The notes: generated by a model from the letters alone, not told the origin. Counted from the first letter of the stretch, positions 1 to 9,828 are shown. The stretch: DNA of 64,000 nucleotides from Candidatus Bathyarchaeia archaeon (GCA_038868075.1 JAWBXB010000001.1:2872-66871); one strand, 5' to 3'. A program made the numbers and translations.

Positions 1-520
1 CATGGGTATCCATTGCAACTATTAGTGGACCGAAGTTTTCAACCTCAATTATCCAGACTGCTTCAGGCATCCCTAAATCCATCCAGAAAACGTCTATAAC
101 TCTCTTAATGTATTTTGCCGCTAGAACAGCAGCTCCCCCTGTGAAGATGGTATAGGCTGCACCATATTTAATCATAGCTTTCTTAGTCTTTTCACCCATA
201 CCGCCCTTACCAACTATAAGCTTTACACCAAGCTTCTCAATAACCTCATGTTCAAATTCTTCCATACGCATGCTCGTCGTTGGACCAGCGGATAATATGA
301 TCCATTCATTATTCGATTTCTTAGCTAATGGCCCGGAGTGGAAAAGCACTAACCCATTAAGATTGAATGGTAGATCCTTAGATTCCACTAGGTACTGATG
401 GATTCTCTGGTGGGCTGCATCTCTGGCTGTAACCGTTGTTCCGGAAACATAAACTATGTCTCCAGCCTTTAGTTCACGGATTTCCCTCTCGGATATGGGG
501 GTTCTCAGGTTGAAAATCAA
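1..520 (-). CDS. Fumarate hydratase class I beta subunit / tartrate dehydratase beta-type Fe-S hydro-lyase (N-terminal ~173 codons; C-terminus runs off the window start)
   Basis: Own minus-strand translation from TTG at 520 (GGAGG about 10 nt upstream, in-frame TAG immediately before): LIFNLRTPISEREIRELKAGDIVYVSGTTVTARDAAHQRIHQYL...LFHSGPLAKK...LIVGKGGMGEKTKKAMIKYGAAY... This is the typical beta-subunit pattern. Open to position 1. Confidence 0.7.
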   Translation of the reverse strand, partial: MIFNLRTPISEREIRELKAGDIVYVSGTTVTARDAAHQRIHQYLVESKDLPFNLNGLVLFHSGPLAKKSNNEWIILSAGPTTSMRMEEFEHEVIEKLGVKLIVGKGGMGEKTKKAMIKYGAAYTIFTGGAAVLAAKYIKRVIDVFWMDLGMPEAVWIIEVENFGPLIVAMDTH

Positions 521-556
521 CTATATATCAATCCTCCTGATGCTAGCCAGCCAAGT

Positions 557-1105
557 TTACTGGATATCAACTTCTACAGCAACACCCTGCTTTATTAGGG
601 CTTTAGCATTCTCCTCGGGTAGGGTTGCTATATCCTCAGGTTTGAATGGACCGTAAACTCTCATATCCGCCCCAACTATTTGGGGCATTTCCTTAAGAAT
701 GCGTACTACAATGAAGCCTTTAGTCCTTGAATATTTAATTCGGAATTTCTGTCCCTGTAGAATATCTCTGAGGAAGGATTCGTAGGATTCTACTTGGTTT
801 GATAAACCATCATATAATGTCCCCTCCTCTTCAGTAAGCGCTGTTAGAGGAACCGCTTCTCTTCTTGTTATTAATCGCATCATCTTCTCATATCTTATGC
901 GAATCAAGTCGCTGATCATTTTCATAGTATACTCCTCCTCCTTCCTTAGGAGTTTACCTCTAACGCTTTCCTCATCAATCATTCTCCTCTCTTCACGGAT
1001 CTTCTGCATATAGTTAATTAGGCGGCTGTAGAAGTCTTTCGGGAGACTCTGTAGCTCGGGGTTCTCCTTCTCTCTCCTCCATGCTTCTAGGAGTTCATCA
1101 TACAT
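557..1105 (-). CDS. GINS complex subunit (Gins51/Gins15-type)
   Basis: N-terminus [26 protein letters not shown] and C-terminus [47 protein letters not shown] fit the archaeal GINS pattern. Abuts priS with no gap, an arrangement known from Sulfolobus. Confidence 0.65.
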   Translation of the reverse strand: MYDELLEAWRREKENPELQSLPKDFYSRLINYMQKIREERRMIDEESVRGKLLRKEEEYTMKMISDLIRIRYEKMMRLITRREAVPLTALTEEEGTLYDGLSNQVESYESFLRDILQGQKFRIKYSRTKGFIVVRILKEMPQIVGADMRVYGPFKPEDIATLPEENAKALIKQGVAVEVDIQ

Positions 1106-2350
1106 TTAATCTATCACCCTACCAGCATTCTTACATAGTAGGAAGATTGCAGCTGGAAGCGGGAGAGTAACGGTCTGCTTCTCAAATGGTCCGAAGATCT
1201 CTTCCCCTAGTCTAAATCTAGGAGCTTCCTCAACATATATTTTAACCTCATCGTTCCCTTTAAATGCTAAAGCTCTCTTAAGTGGATCAAACTCTTCGAT
1301 CTCATCGGCTGGAAAGGAGACTTTAAGTAAACCTGTTTTACCATGTAATGTTCCAGGCAAGCGTATAAGCCTATGGATGTCAACTGTGACAACAGTATCG
1401 ACTTTTGCTGATTGAAGGGATATGCCGCGCTGAATTATTTTCCTCCATCCGCTTAATCCTAAACCTTTCACCATATTCCAAGGTCCGCTAGTCCTCCAGC
1501 TCCTTAAAATCTCATCCTTATTTGCAATAATTTCTTCAATAACGCTACTCTTCAATCCCAGTCTCTTTAGATCCGTAGGGGACGCTACTAGAAGGAATTC
1601 GTAGGTTCCTTTAGCTGCGCGTCCACGCCAGCCAGCTTCGTCCAAATTTGGACCAATAATTATTCTTGTGCCGCCGCTTCTAATTTCTTCAAGTCCATGG
1701 AATATTGGATCTATTCCAGTTCCAGTAACATAGTCGACTATTTCCTTTCTCGCAAATGAATCCATCTTAAGAATCTCGTCGTTTTCAACTTGAACATGGT
1801 ATCCTCTATGCCCACTAAATGCGCATTTAATCTCCTTAATTGAGAAGCCAAAATCATTCGTTAATATATCCATAAGTTTTATTGTCTCAGCCCTAGTTGT
1901 TTCTAAACATACCTCGCAGGGCCATGTTCTCTCATCGAAACTGCTATTTCCGCAGTTTGGGCATTTATCAGGCGCCTTCCCTCTATCCTTTAAGCCGCAG
2001 TTTTTACATGTCCATGTGTCATGCTCTTCATTACATTTTGTGGGTATATGGTCGGCGTCTATATCGAAGAATAAGTCTGATCCAAGCCATCCCTTCTCAT
2101 CCATTTTTGCCTCAGGCATACTGTAGTAGGCTGTTGAGTAATAAACGTTTGAGGGAACATTCCTCTTTATGAATTCTTTTAGGTCTTCAGCCCTCAAAAA
2201 ACCCTTATGCCTAACCATTACGTTCTCCTTGAAAAGCGTGAAGCCAAACTCTCTGCTCTCAATCGATTTGGGAATTTCAACCCTATTGATGCTCTCGCTA
2301 TAGAATTTGGAGAAGCTTTCACGGATAAATGTTTGATTATCCATTCCCAA
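1106..2350 (-). CDS. priS: DNA primase small (catalytic) subunit PriS
   Basis: AEP motifs LFFDIDADH (DxD), FSGHRGYHVQV, IHRLIRLPGTLHGKTG, and Zn-knuckle CKNCG...CPNCG. Confidence 0.9.
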   Translation of the reverse strand: MGMDNQTFIRESFSKFYSESINRVEIPKSIESREFGFTLFKENVMVRHKGFLRAEDLKEFIKRNVPSNVYYSTAYYSMPEAKMDEKGWLGSDLFFDIDADHIPTKCNEEHDTWTCKNCGLKDRGKAPDKCPNCGNSSFDERTWPCEVCLETTRAETIKLMDILTNDFGFSIKEIKCAFSGHRGYHVQVENDEILKMDSFARKEIVDYVTGTGIDPIFHGLEEIRSGGTRIIIGPNLDEAGWRGRAAKGTYEFLLVASPTDLKRLGLKSSVIEEIIANKDEILRSWRTSGPWNMVKGLGLSGWRKIIQRGISLQSAKVDTVVTVDIHRLIRLPGTLHGKTGLLKVSFPADEIEEFDPLKRALAFKGNDEVKIYVEEAPRFRLGEEIFGPFEKQTVTLPLPAAIFLLCKNAGRVID

Positions 2351-2606
2351 TACTATTCCAAATTAAGTTTTTGGTATTAGGGAGGAAATTAATTTTTCTC
2401 CAATATAATATAGGGAGATTATGTATAAAATATGAGGCTTACGCCCGAAATACATGCCCCTATTTAAACTTAAGTTAAGCATAAACCGTTCTCAATTATA
2501 TTTCCTATAGAGCACCAAATTTAAATATGTGATTTGGAATTTGTTTCAAAAATAAGATGACCCTTCAGATAAACACAATACTATAGGCTAAGGAGAGGAT
2601 TATTAG

Positions 2607-3152
2607 TTGTCTAAAAATGAACCAGTTAATCCTTCTAGGATAAATCCGAAATTTAGGTATGAAGTTGCCAAGATGCCTGGCGGCGAAAAGCTATTACAGT
2701 GCTTTCAATGTGGAACATGCACGTCCGATTGTCCCGTTGCAAGATTCGATGATAAATATAGGCCGAGAAATATTATTCGCATGGCGCAGTTAGGCTTAAA
2801 AGATAGGGTTTTAAGCAGCGATTTTCTCTGGCTTTGCGCCTCATGTTTCACATGTACGGATCGATGCCCCCAAGGTATTGAGGTTGCAAGTGTAATAAGA
2901 ATTCTAAAGAATATGGCGGCTATGGAGGGGCGTATACCGCAAGCCTTTAAGGTTCTTCTAGGAAACCTTTTCAAAACAGGCTATATATACGAGATTCCCG
3001 ACTCAAGGATTAAAAGGCGTGAGACTCTTGGGCTCCCGCAGTTACCAAAAGCAAATATTGAGAATTTGACGAGACTCCTAGAGAACCTGGATATTAAGAG
3101 GTTTCTCGAGGGGGCTCCTCAGAAAATTTCGGAGGGTAAAATATGGGTGTAG
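2607..3152 (+). CDS. hdrC: Heterodisulfide reductase subunit C-like 4Fe-4S dicluster protein
   Basis: CFQCGTCTSDCP and CASCFTCTDRCP cluster motifs. TTG start preceded by AAGGAGAGG. Overlaps the following hdrB-like gene. Confidence 0.75.
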   Translation: MSKNEPVNPSRINPKFRYEVAKMPGGEKLLQCFQCGTCTSDCPVARFDDKYRPRNIIRMAQLGLKDRVLSSDFLWLCASCFTCTDRCPQGIEVASVIRILKNMAAMEGRIPQAFKVLLGNLFKTGYIYEIPDSRIKRRETLGLPQLPKANIENLTRLLENLDIKRFLEGAPQKISEGKIWV

Positions 3153-4030
3153 AATACAAGTATATAATTTATTTGGGTTGCGCAATCCCATATAGGGTTT
3201 CATCCTATGAGGTCTCGGCGAGAAAGGTCTTGGATAAGCTGGGTGTTAATCTGGTTGAGATGCCGGAGTTTAATTGCTGTGGTTTACCATTGGAGCCAAT
3301 AAGTCATGAACTCACATTTATGCTCTCTGCAAGGAACTTGGCTATAGCTGAACAATTAGGATTAAATATTCTAACATTATGTCCTGGATGCGCTGGCACG
3401 TTAAAGAAGACTAATAGGGTACTTAAAGAGAATAAGACGCTTAGGGAGAAGGTCAATAAACATCTAGGTGAGACTGGTTTAGAGTTTAAGGGAAGTATAG
3501 ATGTGAAGCACATATCTCAGGTTCTGATCGAAGATATCGGCTTAGACAAAATTAAGAGGTCGATTGTTAGACCGCTTAAAACCCTAAGGGTTGCAGAGCA
3601 TAGTGGATGCCATTTATCAAGGCCGAAAAAATATATTAATTTTGAGGATCCGGAGAACCCGAAGGTTTTAAGAACTCTTATTGAGGTTACTGGGGCCAAG
3701 TGCGTGGAATATTTAGGTGAAACTGAATGTTGTGGTTCAACAATAGTTGCCATAGATGATAAGATATCACTCTCTCTTGTTAAGGAGAAGCTCCTACATG
3801 TTAAGGAGGCGGGGGCTGAGGCATTAATAACCATTTGTCCAGCATGCCACATAATGTATGATGCAAATCAAATACGTGCCGAAAGAATGTTTGGCGAGAA
3901 ATACGGTATACCCGTCTTACATTATACGCAGTTGCTCGGCTTAGCTATGGGTATGAGACCTGATGAGCTTGGCTTTGATGAGCTACGGGTAAACCCCTCT
4001 GGAATATTAGAACGGATATTGAAAGCCTAG
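3143..4030 (+). CDS. hdrB: Heterodisulfide reductase subunit B-like (two CCG domains)
   Basis: Two CCG motifs (EFNCCGLP, ETECCGST) plus CPGC / CPAC. 10-nt overlap with hdrC. Confidence 0.8.
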   Translation: MGVEYKYIIYLGCAIPYRVSSYEVSARKVLDKLGVNLVEMPEFNCCGLPLEPISHELTFMLSARNLAIAEQLGLNILTLCPGCAGTLKKTNRVLKENKTLREKVNKHLGETGLEFKGSIDVKHISQVLIEDIGLDKIKRSIVRPLKTLRVAEHSGCHLSRPKKYINFEDPENPKVLRTLIEVTGAKCVEYLGETECCGSTIVAIDDKISLSLVKEKLLHVKEAGAEALITICPACHIMYDANQIRAERMFGEKYGIPVLHYTQLLGLAMGMRPDELGFDELRVNPSGILERILKA

Positions 4031-4063
4031 ATTATTTATCCTTAAAATATTATAAGGAATATT

Positions 4064-6343
4064 TTGAAGATGCGCCTGAAAATAATGGTTTCTGGAATAG
4101 TGCAAGGGGTTGGCTTTCGCCCATTTATATATCGTATAGCGGTGAAGAATGGCTTAAGGGGTTATGTTAGGAATAGAGGGGACTCATGCGTAGAGATACT
4201 TGTTGAGGGGGAAGAGTCAGATATAAAAAATTTCCTAAAGAGTATTGTTGAGGAGAAGCCTCCTCTGGCTAGAATACATGATATTATAACCTTGCCAATT
4301 GAGGGTGGAGAAGAGTATAAGGATTTCAGAATATTTAGTAGTTCAGGTGAAGCCGAGTTATCTGGCTCAGTTATACCACCAGACATAGCCATATGCGATG
4401 AGTGTCTCATGGAGATGCGTGATCCATCAAACCCAAGGTATAATTATTTCTTTATAACATGTGTGAATTGCGGTCCAAGATACACGGTTATTGAGGATGT
4501 CCCATACGATAGGGAGAATACAACAATGCGTGATTTCCAGATGTGCGGGTTCTGCAGGTCTGAATATACTGATCCAGCTAATAGAAGGTTCCATGCCCAA
4601 ACGGTTGCATGTCCAAGGTGTGGACCTAAAGCGTATTTGGTGACTAATGGACAAGAGAGAATTGAGAGTGAAGATCCAATAAGGGAGGCTGGCAAATTAA
4701 TCTCCGAGGGTTACATTATTGCGGTTAAGGGTTACGGTGGCTTTCATGTTGCCTCTTCAACACTCCTTGATAAGCCACTTGAGAGGCTTAGGAGGGCTAA
4801 GCATAGGAAGCAGAAGCCCTTCGCGATAATGGCTAGGGGTTTGGAGGCTATTAAGACTTTCGCTGAGGTTAGCCAATGGGAGGCTGAGGCTCTGTTATCT
4901 TACTCGCGCCCAATAGTCCTACTAAATAAGAGTGAGAGATATTACTTATCCGAATTGATTGCTCCTGGATTACATAATGTTGGCGTTATGCTTCCCTATA
5001 CTGGACTACATTACATGCTCTTTGATCTGGTTTCAGATCCAGCTTTTGTTATGACGAGCGCTAATCCGCCAAATCAGCCAATAGTGAAGGATGATGAGGA
5101 AGCCTTTAAGAAGCTGAGTGGAATAGTAGATTATTTTTTGCTACATAATAGGCGTATAGCCCATAGATGTGACGACTCAGTTATGCGTTTGCATGGTGAT
5201 AAAACTGTTTTCATAAGGCGTTCTAGGGGTTACGCTCCTGAGCCAATAAGGTTAGGGTTTAGGTTTAAGCGGTGCGCTCTTGGATTAGGTGGAGAAGAGA
5301 ATAATACTGCATGCTTAATAGTTGGTGATAAAGCCTTCATGTCGCAGCATATAGGCGACGTCGAAAATATTGAGACCCTAGAATTCTTGGAGAATGCTTC
5401 AAAGAGACTTATGCGCTTAACAAACAGTAGGGTTGAATCTGTTGCATGCGATCTACATCCAAAGTTTGCAACAACATTGCTTGCTAGGAGAATGGCTGAG
5501 GAGAATGGTTGGAACATGATTCAGGTTCAGCATCATTATGCTCATGTAGCAGCCTTAATGGCTGAGCACCACATAAATAATGTGGTCGCCATATGCTGTG
5601 ATGGATATGGCTATGGTGAGGATGGTGGAGCATGGGGAGGCGAGATAATATTAGGCTCACTTGACCCATTAGGGTTCAGGCGGTTGGGGCATCTGGAGGA
5701 GCAGCCACTTTTAGGCGGAGATATGGCGGCTAAATATCCACTGAGGATGGCTGCTGGAATACTTTTTGGGCATATTGATTTAGAGGAGTGGCTTATAAAT
5801 AATAGTGGGCATCTACCATACGGTGAGAGGGAGGCTCATTTAATCCTCTCGCAACTAAAGAGCGGGAATGTCAAGATTAGGACAACGAGCTGTGGAAGGG
5901 TTTTAGACGCTATATCCGCGATTTTAGGTGTATGTTACGAGAGGACTTATGAGGGTGAGCCAGCCATGAAGCTTGAGTCCGCCGCTTTCGGCGGTAGAGA
6001 CGTGTTGATAGCTAAGCCGATAATAGAGGGTAATGTCATAGATACCAAAAGCCTAGTAGTTTCAATATTTGAGAAGAGACATAGATTTGAGAGAGGCGAC
6101 CTAGCCTACTCAGCACATGCATATTTGGCTAAGAGTTTAGCGGAGTTAGCCATAGAGAAAGCCCTTGAAGAGGGAATAAAGAATATTGGTTTTACAGGAG
6201 GGATTGCATATAACCAAATAATAATCCAGAAGATTAGAGAGATTGTTGAATCTAAAGGCTTAAACTTTCTAACACATGAACAAATACCGCCTGGTGACGG
6301 TGGCATATCACTTGGACAAGCCGTAGTAGCCGCATATGCTTAG
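4064..6343 (+). CDS. hypF: [NiFe]-hydrogenase maturation carbamoyltransferase HypF
   Basis: Acylphosphatase-like N-terminus (VQGVGFRPFIYRIA), two Zn-finger pairs (CDECLMEM...CVNCGPRYT; CGFCRSEY...CPRCGP), YrdC-like and Kae1-like regions. ATG at 4070 is a likely alternative start. Confidence 0.95.
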   Translation: MKMRLKIMVSGIVQGVGFRPFIYRIAVKNGLRGYVRNRGDSCVEILVEGEESDIKNFLKSIVEEKPPLARIHDIITLPIEGGEEYKDFRIFSSSGEAELSGSVIPPDIAICDECLMEMRDPSNPRYNYFFITCVNCGPRYTVIEDVPYDRENTTMRDFQMCGFCRSEYTDPANRRFHAQTVACPRCGPKAYLVTNGQERIESEDPIREAGKLISEGYIIAVKGYGGFHVASSTLLDKPLERLRRAKHRKQKPFAIMARGLEAIKTFAEVSQWEAEALLSYSRPIVLLNKSERYYLSELIAPGLHNVGVMLPYTGLHYMLFDLVSDPAFVMTSANPPNQPIVKDDEEAFKKLSGIVDYFLLHNRRIAHRCDDSVMRLHGDKTVFIRRSRGYAPEPIRLGFRFKRCALGLGGEENNTACLIVGDKAFMSQHIGDVENIETLEFLENASKRLMRLTNSRVESVACDLHPKFATTLLARRMAEENGWNMIQVQHHYAHVAALMAEHHINNVVAICCDGYGYGEDGGAWGGEIILGSLDPLGFRRLGHLEEQPLLGGDMAAKYPLRMAAGILFGHIDLEEWLINNSGHLPYGEREAHLILSQLKSGNVKIRTTSCGRVLDAISAILGVCYERTYEGEPAMKLESAAFGGRDVLIAKPIIEGNVIDTKSLVVSIFEKRHRFERGDLAYSAHAYLAKSLAELAIEKALEEGIKNIGFTGGIAYNQIIIQKIREIVESKGLNFLTHEQIPPGDGGISLGQAVVAAYA

Positions 6344-6417
6344 TGGGAGAAAAAGATGAGATGTGACGGCAATATTTATTAGTGTGAATAGGATTAACTT
6401 AGGATGGGGATGAATAT

Positions 6418-7119
6418 ATGAGAGAATCATGCGTCTCAGCGGTTCTATCAATGATAATTCTACTATCGTTAATCACCGCATCAATACACACTATTGCCAT
6501 GATGCCAAAACTCATGGTAGTGGAGTGGTCGATTGAGCGAGTAAATAATGAGGTGACGCTCAACGCAATCCCCCCAGAAGATGACTCAATGAGTAACCCC
6601 GATTATAAGCTGCTTCCATTTAAATGGAAGACAACGGCGAAGTTCTGGATAAACCCATCAAATAAATATGGTTTCTTGGCGAGCGCTGTTGTTGCAGCCA
6701 TAACGGCTTCTGCCAACACGTGGGATTCTCAGATAACATTCAAGGTCTTTGAGTATAGGGGGACTACTAGGAGGAACGCTGGCAGATATGATGGTTATAA
6801 TGTTGTCTCATGGGGTTCTTACAGGGCTGGCGTCATAGCTGTCACGTATATATGGTATGTGGGCGACATGATAATTGAAACCGACACTAGGCTGAATACA
6901 TATTATGAGTGGAGCCTAAAGGGAGAACCGAATAAAATGGATGTTCAGAATATTATGACGCATGAGTTTGGGCATTGGTGCGGCTTAGATGATCTATATG
7001 AGGATAAGGATTATTGGTTAACAATGTATGGATATGCGGATTACGGTGAAACATATAAGCAGACGCTTGGACTCGGAGACATCCTTGGGTTACAAGCAGT
7101 ATATAGCAATAATAAGTAA
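6418..7119 (+). CDS. Membrane-anchored/secreted metzincin-type zinc metalloprotease (matrixin/snapalysin-like)
   Basis: N-terminal hydrophobic segment. HEFGHWCGLDD (HExxHxxGxxD, Asp as putative third ligand) followed by a Met-turn-like LTMYGY. Confidence 0.65.
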   Translation: MRESCVSAVLSMIILLSLITASIHTIAMMPKLMVVEWSIERVNNEVTLNAIPPEDDSMSNPDYKLLPFKWKTTAKFWINPSNKYGFLASAVVAAITASANTWDSQITFKVFEYRGTTRRNAGRYDGYNVVSWGSYRAGVIAVTYIWYVGDMIIETDTRLNTYYEWSLKGEPNKMDVQNIMTHEFGHWCGLDDLYEDKDYWLTMYGYADYGETYKQTLGLGDILGLQAVYSNNK

Positions 7120-7160
7120 TTAGGGAGGAAATATGATCTCTCTTCTGTGAGTGATGCCAT

Positions 7161-7289
7161 TTGTCATTGAAGTGTCCACTATGCGACGAGGTTTTCGCTA
7201 GCTGGAAGCTTATGAATAAGCATATTAGAGCTAAGCATAAAGAGTGGGTTAAGCTCGCTAAACTTGAGCATCCGAAAAGAGAGACTTAA
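7161..7289 (+). CDS. Mini-protein (~42 aa) consisting of one canonical C2H2 zinc finger
   Basis: Own translation: (L)SLKCPLCDEVFASWKLMNKHIRAKHKEWVKLAKLEHPKRET*. Matches C-x2-C-x3-F-x5-hydrophobic-x2-H-x4-H exactly. Below the ORF-track length cutoff. Only TTG starts are available (7161/7167). Confidence 0.4.
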   Translation: MSLKCPLCDEVFASWKLMNKHIRAKHKEWVKLAKLEHPKRET

Positions 7290-7371
7290 TACCCTATAAT
7301 CGAAAGAATTAATTGTTTGCGCCAATAGCGAAATGGGGGAAAGATGAAACTCATTTGATTAGAATAATTAT

Positions 7372-8328
7372 TTATAGTCCTAGAATTCCCTCTTTAATGG
7401 CTCTATGACTCTCCATTATCGGTGCGGCAGTATTTACCATGCATATTTCTATGAGATTAAATAGATCCCTAAAGAACTTTTTTCTTATTCTTGTTTTACG
7501 CTCATCCCTTACAAGCATGTGAGGGTTGCAGAAGTCAGCTTTCTCTATATAGTTTGATGCTTCCTCAGGTGTGAGTTTTTTGAGAATCGTTTTGTCCTCC
7601 GGATCCCGCTTTAACAATATAGCCTTCCTCAAAGTTGTCATCGGCATAATTTTTCCTTTACCAACAATCCACCTAACGTTTACAATAGCCCTACCCATTG
7701 GATCGAACTCTGCCTTATCAATCAGCTTCTGGTATTCGCCCCAAATATTAGCTATGTCTGCCTGAACATAGAAGTTCTTCTCTGATGCAAACGCTAGGGC
7801 TCTGCCGCCCATTAAACGTGTGAAAAACCAGTCGTCTGAGACAACGCGTATACCCTCAAGCCTTAAGAGACCATATGTATGTGTTGATTTACCAGTTCCT
7901 GGCGGAGCAATTAGGCAGACTCCTAGCCCATCTATGTCTATACATGCTCCATGGACGGAGTTTATACCATGCTCATCCTCAAGTATGTCTCCTGCAACGC
8001 TCAGGGCTATTGATTTAACCCATCCATAATAGTCTACGTTTATCAGGAATGCTGTTTTTGACAGAGGGTCATAAAGCACTTGTAGACTCTCATCAGCCTC
8101 GCTTGTAACGATCAGTCTCCCATGTGAGCGTATGTTTGCGGACATGGGGTAGAAGCTCTCCTCCCAACGCTCCTTAACATACTTTATGTCCGTTAGAAGC
8201 TTGATGCAGCAGCCGTAAATGTCAGCTCTCTCCTCATAGAGGAAGCGGTCACTATACTTCTCCATTAACCTATCTTTATCTTCAATAGAAATCAGCTTAA
8301 CCTCATATTTCAATATGAACCTCTCCAA
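7372..8328 (-). CDS. HPr kinase/phosphorylase C-terminal-domain-like P-loop protein
   Basis: VHGACIDIDGLGVCLIAPPGTGKSTHTYGLL...VVSDDW resembles the HprK-type P-loop core (hHG..h.h.G.GhLl.G.sG.GKS...L...g..lvaDD). Confidence 0.5.
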   Translation of the reverse strand: MERFILKYEVKLISIEDKDRLMEKYSDRFLYEERADIYGCCIKLLTDIKYVKERWEESFYPMSANIRSHGRLIVTSEADESLQVLYDPLSKTAFLINVDYYGWVKSIALSVAGDILEDEHGINSVHGACIDIDGLGVCLIAPPGTGKSTHTYGLLRLEGIRVVSDDWFFTRLMGGRALAFASEKNFYVQADIANIWGEYQKLIDKAEFDPMGRAIVNVRWIVGKGKIMPMTTLRKAILLKRDPEDKTILKKLTPEEASNYIEKADFCNPHMLVRDERKTRIRKKFFRDLFNLIEICMVNTAAPIMESHRAIKEGILGL

Positions 8329-8460
8329 TAGAATTTTCAGCTAAAACCTTAAATTGTTTTCCGAAAATGTTTCTCTTTAAGGGTGATTGCCTAGAGGATA
8401 TTCTTAACTTGGTTCTGGGAAAGTATTTATTTTACTCAGCGTATTTTTGAGGGATTGAAT

Positions 8461-8685
8461 ATGTGCTTGGCTGTTCCAGCGAGGGTTGTTGAGGTTAATG
8501 GTGATTTGGCTAGGGTTGATTTTGGCGGAGGCGTTATTAGGGAGGTTAATGTCTCCTTAGTTGATGCTAAGGTTGGCGACTATGTTCTTGTTCACGCTGG
8601 CTACGCTATACAGGTTTTAGATGAGGAGGAGGCTGAGGAGACTCTAGCGCTCTGGAAGGAAATTTTGGAGTCTGAGGAGGGTTAA
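8461..8685 (+). CDS. hypC: Hydrogenase maturation chaperone HypC
   Basis: Starts MCLAVPARVVEV (conserved N-terminal Met-Cys). The track ORF begins 2 codons earlier at a TTG (8455). Confidence 0.9.
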   Translation: MCLAVPARVVEVNGDLARVDFGGGVIREVNVSLVDAKVGDYVLVHAGYAIQVLDEEEAEETLALWKEILESEEG

Positions 8686-8698
8686 AGAGGATCCCCTA

Positions 8699-9793
8699 AT
8701 GTTTTGGAATAAAGATTTTAGAGACCCTAAAATTGCGAAGAGAATAGTTGAGAAGATACATGAGGTTGCTCCGAGAAAAGATTCTGTTAAGATTTGCCAT
8801 GTCTGCGGCACACATGAGTGGACTATTTCACATCATGGTATTAGGAGTTTGCTTCCAGAAAATGTTGATGTTATTGCTGGCCCAGGCTGCCCAGTTTGCA
8901 TTGTGCCAGCGGCTGAGGTTGATGAGGCTGTCGAGGCTGCGCTTAGGGGCGCTGTGCTCACATGTTTCGGTGACTCCATCCGTGTTCCAGGCTCCAGTAT
9001 GTCGCCTTTGGATGCTAAAGCTAAGGGTGCTGACGCCCGCATAGTTTATAGCGTTATGGATGCTGTGAGAATGGCTGAGAAGGAACCTGATAAAGAGTTT
9101 GTTTTCTTCGCAATCGGTTTTGAGACAACGGCGCCGTCAACGGCTGCCGAGATAATTAAGAAACCGCCTAGAAACCTTAGCTTTCTGGTTTCGCATAGGC
9201 TTATTCCCCCAGCTATGGAGCTCATGCTGGGCATAGGTGACCTTCAGATTGACGCATTTATTGCCCCTGGACATGTAAGCACAATCATAGGTTTAGAGCC
9301 CTATGAGATTTTTCCAAAAGCCTATAGGATGCCAACAGTTGTAGCCGGTTTCGAGCCTATAGATGTTCTCCTAGCGATATATATGGTTTTGAGGCAGATT
9401 AGGAACAGCGTTGCGATCCTAGAGAATGAGTATAAGCGGGCGGTGACATGGGAGGGGAATATTAGGGCAAAAGAGCTTATGAGGAGGGTGTTTAAGGTTG
9501 TAGGTGGGGATTGGCGGGGGCTTGGGAGGATACCGGACTCAAAACTAGATCTTAAGGAAGAGTACTTGGATTATGATGCTCATGAAAAACATAATATTAG
9601 GGTTAGGAGTGGCAGGGATATTCCACCTGGATGTAAATGCCACCTAGTTATCATAGGGAAGATTAAACCAGTTGAGTGCCCAATGTTCATGAAGGCATGT
9701 ACACCCCAGAAGCCTGTGGGCTCATGTATGGTTAGCATAGAGGGGACATGCAGGGTGTGGGCTATGACGAAACAGGCTAATATTAGAGCCTAG
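8699..9793 (+). CDS. hypD: Hydrogenase maturation protein HypD
   Basis: CHVCGTHE, GPGCPVCI, FAIGFETTAP and C-terminal Cys-rich region, typical of HypD. Directly downstream of hypC. Confidence 0.95.
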   Translation: MFWNKDFRDPKIAKRIVEKIHEVAPRKDSVKICHVCGTHEWTISHHGIRSLLPENVDVIAGPGCPVCIVPAAEVDEAVEAALRGAVLTCFGDSIRVPGSSMSPLDAKAKGADARIVYSVMDAVRMAEKEPDKEFVFFAIGFETTAPSTAAEIIKKPPRNLSFLVSHRLIPPAMELMLGIGDLQIDAFIAPGHVSTIIGLEPYEIFPKAYRMPTVVAGFEPIDVLLAIYMVLRQIRNSVAILENEYKRAVTWEGNIRAKELMRRVFKVVGGDWRGLGRIPDSKLDLKEEYLDYDAHEKHNIRVRSGRDIPPGCKCHLVIIGKIKPVECPMFMKACTPQKPVGSCMVSIEGTCRVWAMTKQANIRA

Positions 9794-9828
9794 ATTTTTC
9801 TTCCATCAACTTATCGTTTCTCTTTATG

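Noticed and set aside
456-656. 66-aa plus-strand ORF spanning the junction of the fumarase-beta and GINS genes.
   Set aside because: It is antisense to two well-supported minus-strand genes and has no supporting motif.
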